From an uncultured archaeon (lineage in GTDB: Archaea; Asgardarchaeota; Thorarchaeia; Thorarchaeales; Thorarchaeaceae), in NCBI GenBank assembly GCA_964354495.1, contig CAYHAA010000015.1, forward strand, positions 46,223 to 78,222: a stretch of DNA of 32,000 bases, in the 5' to 3' direction. The notes under the pieces are model-generated. The model searched no databases. It saw only the letters and a program-made list of their open reading frames with translations, and was not told the DNA's origin. Shown here one piece after another: positions 9,641-18,596 of the stretch (its first letter is position 1; each line of letters starts with the position of its first letter). The position numbers and the translations under genes are program-made.

Positions 9641-12600
9641 CTAGTTCTTACGTTTAATCTGAATAAGCACGATTATGATTACGACGGCAGATCCAGCAGC
9701 TATGGCGATTACAACTATGGAAGTCATCGATGTCAAGTCCGATGGTACCGTCGATGTTGTAGTCGTCGTCACACCTGTAGTGGTAGTCGTCCCTGTGGTC
9801 CCGCTTGTCGATGTAGATGTGGTTTCAGTGGTACTACTAGTGCTTGAGTTGACAGTGACCAAGACACTATCTGTCACAGAGTTTCCTGCGAGATCATAGA
9901 AAATCACTGTGAAGGTGTATGAACCTAGAGTAAGTCCATCAACTGAATAATCGAGTCCATTTGTCCACGAATTTGTCGCTATCAACACATCATTTCGATA
10001 TAGCTCGTAGTAGTCAGGGTGCAGATCAGTGCATTCCCATTGAATCACATTGCCCGTTGTTCCTACGATGTACACGATATTCAATGGTCGTGATATGATT
10101 GGAAGGCTATTGTCGACAGTCAGCTCCATTGCTATTGTATGCTCGTTCCCTGTATAATCTGCTAGCGTCATTTGGAACAGATAGTGACCATCTGGAACAG
10201 GAGTTGAATTGGAAAGCCACCAATAGATAGTTGTTGAATTGAGATACCCACCCTGCAATGGATTTTGGAAATACTGTGATATATCCCCTGAGGCAAAATC
10301 AAGGTACATTAGCCAAGATCCGCCAAGACTGTTTCCATAGCCACATATTGTGATGTTGTTACCACTCTGATACAATTCGGCATTTGAAGAGAGGACAGGT
10401 GCGGTGTTATCTACAGTGGTGCTTTCTGCATCCGATATAGTAGAAGTACCAAAGACTGCAGATGCACTGATATTATGCAGACCATCTGCTACAGCAGTTG
10501 TATCCCACACGTAACTCCATGTACTTCCACCAGTCGCGAGGCCCTGAGATACATCATCTATGAAGATCTCAGCGGAAGATATCGGGTCCACACTCCCTAT
10601 CAGATGCACGTTATCGATATAGACGCCTTGCCCAACTATCGATACATCACTATGGAATAGGAATCCAATTCTAGTAGCACTTGTAGGGATTGATAAAGTG
10701 AGATGTTGCCATCCTGTTGTAGTTCCTAATGAATAGGGAGTTGTCCATGCTGAGCCAATATAGTATGCAGGACTGAACCAATCAAATCCTGCTTCGACTC
10801 CTGCCCAATAATCAAATGACATGGTAGCAGAGTCAAAATCACTAATGTCGACGAAACAGTATGCATAGGAATCGGCATAATTCTCATATTCCGAACCAAT
10901 ATCCCAGATATCGATATCATCCACAGTCATGCTACCAGAGTAATCACCTTGGAAGATGAAGGCGAAGTATAGCGTTGAGCATATCGCATCCTCTGGCAAC
11001 ATCACTCTTTGTTCTCCAATAAATGAGCATGTTTCTCCTACTGGAGCCCACCATCTCTTCAGATAAGTGAAAGTCGCTCCATCAGTGGAATAGAGGACAC
11101 TAGCGAAGTTATTAGATGGAGCATTTTGAACTTCATAGTCCATCCAGAATGTGAGGCAGAGCTCAGTTGCGGTCGATCGGTCAAGTGGACCCTGAACCGC
11201 CCACTCCTTGACACCTGAGAGTCCACCAGTTGAACAGGAAATCTTGTAGTTCATGGAATAGCCTGTTGGTCCCCATGGATGAGAGTTCGTACCTGTACTG
11301 TATAGCGCCCATCGCGCTGGCCAGTACCAGATAGGCATAATGAAATGCTCAGTATAGACTGCGGTTAATGTTGGGGTACCTCCGCACCAGATTGAAGAGC
11401 CACCAGAATAACTGTGATATGAATCAACACCCCAGAGTTGGTCACCATTATTTGAGTTTGCATCATTCGTGTACCATGGAGTTGCAAAGGAGCCGGGCTC
11501 AAATCCGATATCAAGAACAGTGTCTTCAGACGCACCTTGAGCTGTGCCGCTAATCTCCACAGTTCCACCCACATAGGTATCTAGCGTGTCAATTTTAACA
11601 GAGGGGAGAGTCATAATCGCATTTACTTCTTCCCGAGGTTGATTGTCCAATATTGCATGAGGCGTTTGGGAAGAAGTTGCTTCGACAGACCACTCAACAG
11701 AGGTGACAGTGAAACTCTCAAGCACTCCAGAAACTGGCCAAACGGAGTCTCCTATCTGAATGATAAATTCATTTTCTGTAAGAGTGCTCAAAGATGGTGC
11801 AGCGTCACTCAAATCAATAAGGATATGATTTCCGGGGAATGGATAGTTTTGGTATAAACCACTACTGTCAGCCTGATTAAACAAGAAGAAAGTGTCTGAC
11901 CATTCAGTCCAACCATCTTGCTCCAAGCTAATACTTATTCCCGAGTTCAAAACATCTCCACGTTTTTCGTGAGAAATTCTCATAGATGCGAAGAGACTGG
12001 GAGTATACGGTTGACTTATCACATCACAATAATAAAAGATACGTTGAGATAGAGCAGAATGCTTGATAGCTGCGTAAGACATCCACCAGAAACCATTATC
12101 GCCCCAATCGCTCCCCCAGGAATTGACGAGCAAGAAAGCCCCGAGTCCATCGGTTGTTGATTTGGCATCATCGTATCCTACTAGGCAAACTGCATGACCC
12201 CCACCCAAGTCCCCACTTGCATGACTTGTGGTGTATATATTATTAATCTCATCAAAGCTATAGAATGCAGTTCGAGTGGAGATTGCAGTGACTGCTGTAT
12301 TGCCTGCAGCAAGGTATGATTTCAACACCTCTAAATCGCTATCTGTATAAAGATAATCCCATTCCGAACCGGTTATTCGATATCTCATAGACTCATGATA
12401 TGCTCCTTCAGATGGCCATGTAGCATAGTCGCTTTGGCTATAGGGCATTGTGTTCATTGTTGCGCAGCCAAAATCAGTGAGGAGATTTGACGCGTCCGGG
12501 AAATTAGAGCCTGTATCATCGCCATAGTTGATTTGGTTATACACAAATGCGGGACTAAATTGGTGACTTGAGATTGTTGTATCCCAGAAGCCATTTGCAG

Positions 12601-13066
12601 CAGCTATTTGGTGGGTAAGGCAATAGTATGCCCAAGCCCATCCAGTACATGAGCCTTGAGTTCCTTGATCTCCGATGGGAGGAAGTCCGACAAGATTGGA
12701 TACACTAGGCGGACTAAGTGGACTCGGAGAGCTATATTGCTCTGGAACAGCACAGCTTGTTTCCGCTCCTCGTCTGAATTCCTCATACTTGTCCATATCT
12801 TCAAAAATCAATCCAGTCGGTCTATAGTTTGGTATTAGTGATGGGTCTGCATATTCGACTATCTGCTCGATTTTCGGTCGTTCTGTAGAAGGTTTACCAA
12901 TTGCTTCTGGAGCAGACTCCTCTACCGCATCATCAGTAGCAAGGGATACTGTCTTTTCCAACTCTTGAGAATTGGTTGCATGAACTCCAACTGGCACTGC
13001 TGGAACAAAAATCAAAAGAATGAAGAAACTAACTAACACGATTCTGAAGGTTTTCATACTATGCAC
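9641..13066 (-). CDS. Secreted, membrane-anchored C1A (papain-like) cysteine peptidase with Ig-like and jelly-roll domains
   Basis: Signal peptide; DQGTQGSCTGWA (Q, Cys), GGHAVCLVGYDD (His), VNSWGSDWGDNGF (Asn); Ig-like repeats (WDTTAVADG, YSVDGLTLGSYTFT); Thr/Ser-rich linker, C-terminal TM and KRKN tail. Confidence 0.93.
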   Translation of the reverse strand: MHSMKTFRIVLVSFFILLIFVPAVPVGVHATNSQELEKTVSLATDDAVEESAPEAIGKPSTERPKIEQIVEYADPSLIPNYRPTGLIFEDMDKYEEFRRGAETSCAVPEQYSSPSPLSPPSVSNLVGLPPIGDQGTQGSCTGWAWAYYCLTHQIAAANGFWDTTISSHQFSPAFVYNQINYGDDTGSNFPDASNLLTDFGCATMNTMPYSQSDYATWPSEGAYHESMRYRITGSEWDYLYTDSDLEVLKSYLAAGNTAVTAISTRTAFYSFDEINNIYTTSHASGDLGGGHAVCLVGYDDAKSTTDGLGAFLLVNSWGSDWGDNGFWWMSYAAIKHSALSQRIFYYCDVISQPYTPSLFASMRISHEKRGDVLNSGISISLEQDGWTEWSDTFFLFNQADSSGLYQNYPFPGNHILIDLSDAAPSLSTLTENEFIIQIGDSVWPVSGVLESFTVTSVEWSVEATSSQTPHAILDNQPREEVNAIMTLPSVKIDTLDTYVGGTVEISGTAQGASEDTVLDIGFEPGSFATPWYTNDANSNNGDQLWGVDSYHSYSGGSSIWCGGTPTLTAVYTEHFIMPIWYWPARWALYSTGTNSHPWGPTGYSMNYKISCSTGGLSGVKEWAVQGPLDRSTATELCLTFWMDYEVQNAPSNNFASVLYSTDGATFTYLKRWWAPVGETCSFIGEQRVMLPEDAICSTLYFAFIFQGDYSGSMTVDDIDIWDIGSEYENYADSYAYCFVDISDFDSATMSFDYWAGVEAGFDWFSPAYYIGSAWTTPYSLGTTTGWQHLTLSIPTSATRIGFLFHSDVSIVGQGVYIDNVHLIGSVDPISSAEIFIDDVSQGLATGGSTWSYVWDTTAVADGLHNISASAVFGTSTISDAESTTVDNTAPVLSSNAELYQSGNNITICGYGNSLGGSWLMYLDFASGDISQYFQNPLQGGYLNSTTIYWWLSNSTPVPDGHYLFQMTLADYTGNEHTIAMELTVDNSLPIISRPLNIVYIVGTTGNVIQWECTDLHPDYYELYRNDVLIATNSWTNGLDYSVDGLTLGSYTFTVIFYDLAGNSVTDSVLVTVNSSTSSTTETTSTSTSGTTGTTTTTGVTTTTTSTVPSDLTSMTSIVVIAIAAGSAVVIIIVLIQIKRKN

Positions 13067-13194
13067 CTCAATGTTCTATGAGCCCAGACTGTCCCTAAAA
13101 TACTATTCTAGTATCGGGAATACTACCCAATCTAGTTCCAGGTGATGTAGGACCAGTTGCCTTATTCTATGTTTGAACTAGAATCATCTATCTA

Positions 13195-13908
13195 CTATCC
13201 TAGATCAGAACCTCTGAACGAACGCCCACATGTCGAACAGAACTGTGCATCGATACTGTGTTTCGGGGTTCCACAATATGGGCAAAAACCAGTCTGTGCC
13301 GGAGGGGGACTCGGTGCCCTAGAATACTCGGGGTATTGTGGGGCCTGCGGGTATGATGGTTGATACACTTGCTGAGTCTGCTGTTTTCGCTTCTCGTGCT
13401 TTGAAGCATAGTCGAGAATACAACCAATGATTACGACTAAGACAATTGCTGTGATTACTGCACCAATTAGCCCAGATGAATCATTGATGACCTGCGGAGC
13501 TGCTGCTGTGATTGTCCCCTCAATATGCTTTCTATACAACCAGTTGTCATTGATGAAGAGAAGATTCCATTCTCCGGAAACAGGCACGGTGAACGAGAGA
13601 GAAACGCTCCCAGCATTGTCACGTCCTACTTCTGCACTAGATGAATATCCACTACTCCATAGGTCATAGTTATCCTCATCAAGGATATAAAAATCAATAT
13701 CGCTTCCTGATGTGACCTCAATATCGACATGGATAACATAGTCTTCACCAAGAGAGCTCCAATAGTAGCGGTATGAATCCGAGGTATCAACCCAGAAGTC
13801 CACGCTGGCTAGTGGGTGCATATCTGTCGATTGTAAAGTGGATGCATCTACAGCTACTGGGATGAGAAATCCCACAACGAGGAGGAGCAGAAAACCACGC
13901 CGTTTCAA
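13195..13908 (-). CDS. Type-I membrane protein: beta-sandwich (GOLD/p24-like) ectodomain, TM, and cytosolic double zinc ribbon
   Basis: Signal peptide; beta-rich domain (IHVDIEVTSGSDIDFYILDEDNY...FTVPVSGEWNLLFIN); TM; P/Q/Y-rich linker; CPYCG...FCSTCG. Confidence 0.75.
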   Translation of the reverse strand: MKRRGFLLLLVVGFLIPVAVDASTLQSTDMHPLASVDFWVDTSDSYRYYWSSLGEDYVIHVDIEVTSGSDIDFYILDEDNYDLWSSGYSSSAEVGRDNAGSVSLSFTVPVSGEWNLLFINDNWLYRKHIEGTITAAAPQVINDSSGLIGAVITAIVLVVIIGCILDYASKHEKRKQQTQQVYQPSYPQAPQYPEYSRAPSPPPAQTGFCPYCGTPKHSIDAQFCSTCGRSFRGSDLG

Positions 13909-14120
13909 CTACTTGGTCCCACCAAATCACAACAATATCCCCGTTTTCATATTTAGTTTCTTCTATCGAGCCTGTAATCAATCACTTGTCATTGATTTGC
14001 TTGCTAAGGTCCAAGCGAGATGTTCCAGACCAAAGACAAGCCATTGCCTCACGAGATAATCCAGACAAGCATGAGCCCACTGGACTCCCTGGTCCGCGGC
14101 CTTCTTGAACGTGACCTGAG

Positions 14121-14342
14121 TCATTTGTCTTCTTGAGGGAAGGCTAGCAATCCAAGAAAGACAACTATTACTACCTTGTCCAATACTGCGAGATATGTCA
14201 GCAGTCTTACGGAATTGGTCAGTTGCTCGAGGCTAGCAACACTCCCAAGGTTGAAGCTGAGTATGAACTCTATGACTACGATGAATAAGAGTGTACAGAA
14301 TAGCCCGAACTTGATTATGTCAAATGTCTTCGTTCTTATCAC
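14121..14342 (-). CDS. Small 2-TM membrane protein
   Basis: Two hydrophobic helices; GTG start within a purine-rich AGGGAG-GTG context. Confidence 0.6.
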   Translation of the reverse strand: MIRTKTFDIIKFGLFCTLLFIVVIEFILSFNLGSVASLEQLTNSVRLLTYLAVLDKVVIVVFLGLLAFPQEDK

Positions 14343-14711
14343 CTCCCTGAACTCCTTTCTCTAACTAAGAGACGGCATTCCTGAGGTCTTGGATCCACAT
14401 GACTTGAGCCTCTCAAGCCCCTCATACGCCACGTTATGATGGTAATCGTCTTCCGAGACTAATCTGTTTATTGTTTCTCTGCTCCTCCGAGAGCTGCTCC
14501 GCAAATAATACTGCCCGTCGAATCTCTTCTCGGTCTTTGGGGGGCTTCCCTTCAAATTCGTGCATTGATACTGCCCCTGATTGATCTGGCATGCCGGTGT
14601 ACCTACATTCCCTCTTCGGAGGCTCTGCAATCCGTAAGATAGAGTGAAATAGCGGGGCAGCATTACCAACCCGAGGCGTCTATAGAGAAATATTGCCTAG
14701 GGGGTTTCTAG

Positions 14712-15470
14712 ATGAAAGCAAATCAAGTAGCAAAAGGTGATTGGCGTGTTCAAATCACCAATGAAGACAAGAGGAAACTTGCATATATTGCGAGGGAATT
14801 CAAGATTCAGAAACCATTGCCACCCCACGGAAAATGGAAAGACATGTCTTCTGAGGAGATATGGAAAGCAATCTTGATTCAGTTTTGTGTAGGAGGCAGC
14901 GCAAGACGGATTGAAGAACTTAAGAAGAACAGAGAGAGATATGATGAGTTTCTTGAAAAACTGAGTTTTGGCACACTGTTGAGAGTCAAATCCAATAGGC
15001 AGGAGTTCATCGCAGGCCGTTTGCAGGATTTCAAAGCAACGCGATTCCATAACAAAGTAGCAAAGGGTCTCAATGACTGTCTTGAAAATGAAGACATTAC
15101 GAGGGATGGAAGAATCATCTTCCTCGAGGGTTTGAAGAATAGCAGACTAAACGAGGATCAAATGAGAGACATTCTCCTGAAGAAACTGCCTTTCTTCAAG
15201 ATGAAGAGCGTTTCGGATTTCATGATCACAATCGGAGCCTCGAGGAATTTCATAGCCTTTGATACGAGAGTGGTGGGTTTACTCAACAGGCATTTTGGAT
15301 TGGACATAGAACCTGGTAAAGTACAGTCTAACAGAGGCCTCTACAAGGCACTTGAGAAAGAACTGAGAGAAGTCTGTCAGGAGTTGGGAATTGAGCTGAG
15401 TCTGCTTGACAGAATCCTATTCAACCGCAATTCCGAAATAGAGTCTATGCTTGATTCGAACTACAACTAG
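14712..15470 (+). CDS. HhH-GPD superfamily DNA glycosylase-like protein (archaeal Ogg-like)
   Basis: LPFFKMKSVSDFMITIG..FIAFDTRVV aligns by eye with the HhH K...D segment of archaeal Ogg; it ends with a 'LSLLDRILF' helix. Confidence 0.65.
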   Translation: MKANQVAKGDWRVQITNEDKRKLAYIAREFKIQKPLPPHGKWKDMSSEEIWKAILIQFCVGGSARRIEELKKNRERYDEFLEKLSFGTLLRVKSNRQEFIAGRLQDFKATRFHNKVAKGLNDCLENEDITRDGRIIFLEGLKNSRLNEDQMRDILLKKLPFFKMKSVSDFMITIGASRNFIAFDTRVVGLLNRHFGLDIEPGKVQSNRGLYKALEKELREVCQELGIELSLLDRILFNRNSEIESMLDSNYN

Positions 15471-15488
15471 GGTCGAGGGTTCAGTACG

Positions 15489-17912
15489 TTACCTAGCCGA
15501 GCAACATGATTTCAGTTGCTCTTCAATCTCAAGGCACTGCTGCATCACAGAATTGGCTACTTCGCAGGTCTTATGATTCTCCACAAGTAACTCGATGAAT
15601 ACACTATCAATCGCATGCTCAAGCATTGTTCTTATGATACTGAGAGTCAGACGCACCTGTTTCTTTGAAGGATCACAGTCATCCAAGAGCAGCTGTTTCC
15701 AAGATTCGTCTACTGATACGTTCCAATATCTCTCGGTCTTCTGTCTACGTACAATGTTCGTATCCTCTAGTAGACTTAGGTGCCTTCTGATGCTGCGACT
15801 TGTTATCTTGCACTGGCGAGGCAAGTCTGCTATTGAAACAGGTCGTCCCGTTTTGAGTAGTATCGCTAGCACTTGGCTCTCCATGCCTGAGAGCAGCCTG
15901 TCGAAGATATCGAAGCCCTCTATCGACTTGTTGAGATTCGTTTCAGGAGCAATCATGCCTTCAATAGTTTCGACCCTGAATTCCAAATTGCGTAGCGAGT
16001 CCAGAACCTCATCGCTCCCTCTGCACCCAGCCAAGCACGTCTGCTCGCGGGCCTCAAGCTCATCCCTAAGATGTTCCAACAGCCAGTCAAAAGTGTCCCT
16101 CTTCAATCGTACACAATTCTGCTGACCAAGGCCACTCTTTGCTGACTGATTCATCAAAACAACTGTCCGGGCCCATGCTAGAACCTCTCGCCCATGAGGT
16201 GTGAGTTCGTAGATAGCATGACCTCGCTTTGACTTGCTCTTTCTTCTTATGCAGCCCCTAGTTTCTAGCTCGTTAAGAGACCTATTCAGCCAGCTCCTGC
16301 TTTTCTTCACTGGGTCGTTCAACTCAACTGTGCTCATTGCCGTAGACGATTCTAACGCAATCAAGATGCTCCTGTCTACTTCTGACGATAGGATTCGACA
16401 CCTGATTTCCAAATCATGAATCTGGGAGCGCAACGACATCGACGGACCTGTTGGACCATCACTCTGTTTTCTACCTAGGAGCATGGCCTTATCCTCAGAA
16501 GTCAGACCGCAGTATTCTGCAATGGTACCACTGTGACTCGCCGGGCCCGAAACTGCACGCTCCGTAAATCTCTCAAGCCCTCTTATGATGTGTTCAGGAA
16601 AGACTGCCCCTACACTCTCGATGTATTGTTGCACGTATCTCCTGAAATAAGACAAGTATCGCTGGTTGCTGCACATCAGATTCTTCAGAGACAATGGAGA
16701 GATTTCCGGAATCAGATCGGTTTCAGAATCAGGAACCGCTACTAGTGCAGGAAGATTGAATGTCCCCGATAGTAGTGTTATATCCTTTGTCTTCCTGTGC
16801 TCAAGAGGGCTAAGTGACTCTAGCTCACTCATGTGCTCGACCCTGACAAAGGCTGCACCCGTTGGGAGCGAGATGAGCCCGGTCCTGCTCCATACCTCAT
16901 CCAGACATAGCGCCTCTCTAATGACCCTCTTGGCGTCTGGGTCCAGCAGCTTGCCTACTATCCACATATTGCAGCTGCCAAGGACATGACTGCTGATCTG
17001 TTGAGGCATCTGGTCGACCACCATGAATCCAATATCGAGCTTTCTGCCTTCAATGAGCGCTCGCTCAAGGTGCGACCTCTCCCCTCGACGGTCTGCACGA
17101 CGTGCCTCACTGAGATAGTTGTGTGCCTCTTCAAGTACAATGAGTATTCTCGAACATTGTTCATCGCAGCGAGTTCTTCGCCACGCGCGGTAGGCAAATA
17201 GCTTGGCAATAGTCATTCCCACAAGCAGCTCATGTGCACGTGTGATTCCCGAGGACGGCAGCTGAACCACTAGCAGTCCCTTCTCAAGATCCGTTGGCTG
17301 GAAGCCTCTCTGTACACTGACAGGTCTTCCGATTTCAGAGTCTAGAAGGCTCTCCAACCGGTTCTGAACACTGGCATGACTGCTCACTTCTGTTGACCTT
17401 GGCCGGGGGTTGTATTGCCGTACCTCCTCAAGAAGCTCTTTCATTGTTGGTGGACAGTCCGCCTTCGAAGAAGCTGCCGAGGTCAGTACCTTCACTGCTT
17501 TCTGGAGGATGGCAATTGATGGGTCTTTGAGACCATAGTTCTGTGAGAAGACCTGGATGAAGGTCGATGCCCACTCATCCATGCGCATTCCCGTGGGAGG
17601 CTCAAGGGGATTCAGGATGAACTCTCGGAAGTCCAGCACGACTGCATCGGGGTGGACTGATACAAGCCGACTATGGTCGCCCGAGGGGTCGAAGACGAGT
17701 ACTCCGTAGCCTGATTCGACAGCGGCGCTGATGATTTTCATTGCTCGTTGGGTCTTGCCTGAGCCAATCGACCCCGCGACTAGAACACCCTTGGTCAGTT
17801 CATCGGGGTGTCTGAGAATGTAGCCGTAGAGGTCTACGCGTCTGCCCCGACCCAGAATCACCCTTGCTATATCGTATGAGGTCTTCTCGGTGTCTTCTGT
17901 GGTGTCGTCCAT
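15489..17912 (-). CDS. HerA/FtsK-like (DUF87-type) ATPase fused to two C-terminal winged-helix domains
   Basis: Walker A GSIGSGKT, Walker B ILIVLEEAH, arginine-finger EGRK and DQMP. wHTH1 is SRSWLNRSLNELETRGCIRR...YELTPHG; wHTH2 is TSRSIRRHLSLLEDTNIVRR. Confidence 0.85.
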   Translation of the reverse strand: MDDTTEDTEKTSYDIARVILGRGRRVDLYGYILRHPDELTKGVLVAGSIGSGKTQRAMKIISAAVESGYGVLVFDPSGDHSRLVSVHPDAVVLDFREFILNPLEPPTGMRMDEWASTFIQVFSQNYGLKDPSIAILQKAVKVLTSAASSKADCPPTMKELLEEVRQYNPRPRSTEVSSHASVQNRLESLLDSEIGRPVSVQRGFQPTDLEKGLLVVQLPSSGITRAHELLVGMTIAKLFAYRAWRRTRCDEQCSRILIVLEEAHNYLSEARRADRRGERSHLERALIEGRKLDIGFMVVDQMPQQISSHVLGSCNMWIVGKLLDPDAKRVIREALCLDEVWSRTGLISLPTGAAFVRVEHMSELESLSPLEHRKTKDITLLSGTFNLPALVAVPDSETDLIPEISPLSLKNLMCSNQRYLSYFRRYVQQYIESVGAVFPEHIIRGLERFTERAVSGPASHSGTIAEYCGLTSEDKAMLLGRKQSDGPTGPSMSLRSQIHDLEIRCRILSSEVDRSILIALESSTAMSTVELNDPVKKSRSWLNRSLNELETRGCIRRKSKSKRGHAIYELTPHGREVLAWARTVVLMNQSAKSGLGQQNCVRLKRDTFDWLLEHLRDELEAREQTCLAGCRGSDEVLDSLRNLEFRVETIEGMIAPETNLNKSIEGFDIFDRLLSGMESQVLAILLKTGRPVSIADLPRQCKITSRSIRRHLSLLEDTNIVRRQKTERYWNVSVDESWKQLLLDDCDPSKKQVRLTLSIIRTMLEHAIDSVFIELLVENHKTCEVANSVMQQCLEIEEQLKSCCSAR

Positions 17913-18596
17913 CTCAGGCTCGTATGTGAGTGGCAGTCTGTGCTATTTGAGCAGCACAGGCGGCAATTCTGTGGCAGAATCTGTTGGACGAACTGGACAG
18001 GAGCCAGCAGAGATGGATGATGCAGCGGTCATGAAGACGCATTTGAACGGACTAGGCGGACAGCGGCACGAAGTCTGAGCGTTGACAGAGGATAGATGCG
18101 AGCACCGGGCACCACGGGTGAGGATTGGCTGAAACAGTCTGAAGGTCAGTCGGAGCGCATAATAGCCTTAGTTGTATCGTTTTACCAGCATACACGCCAA
18201 CTCTGCTGTTACTCTTTCTTACCCCCTACGCCAGACCACCACCATTCTACAGACTATCAAGAAGTGATACTATCATGCAGAACAACTCTACTATCAGATC
18301 AAGCAAGCACCCTGCAAACTCTCATCTCATCAATTGCAAATCCTCAACAGGCATTTACAATGATGAACCGAGAAATAACAAGACGAACCACGCATTAGAG
18401 AATCAGTTCAGATTACACAACAATTCTAGCAAAGACAGTATAGGTAGACCCATTCTCTCTGAATTCCTAATGATTCTGCAGACTCCAAATGAAAACCACG
18501 GATTCGCTCTTGGAGGCAAATCACTGCAACGGGCTGTTGAGAGGGAATTGTGCAGTCGCCCAAGAAACCAGTCAGAGCCACATGGAGGTTTCCCGA

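Noticed and set aside
14361-14669. 102-aa minus ORF, and an alternative 52-aa frame within it
   Set aside because: No motifs, and two competing frames, neither convincing; left uncalled.
17943-18032. In-frame TAG 11 codons upstream of the HerA start (possible pyrrolysine or read-through extension from ATG 18032)
   Set aside because: The extension is low-complexity with no domain signal, and there is no pyl evidence in the window.
18500-18560. ACTGCA/TGCAGT hairpin as the IS left end
   Set aside because: A weak, interrupted stem that cannot define the boundary without an empty-site comparison.
18489-18596. N-terminal 36 codons of the track's 588-aa TnpB
   Set aside because: Non-TnpB-like sequence; a GGAGGT ribosome-binding site sits 7 nt before GTG 18597.
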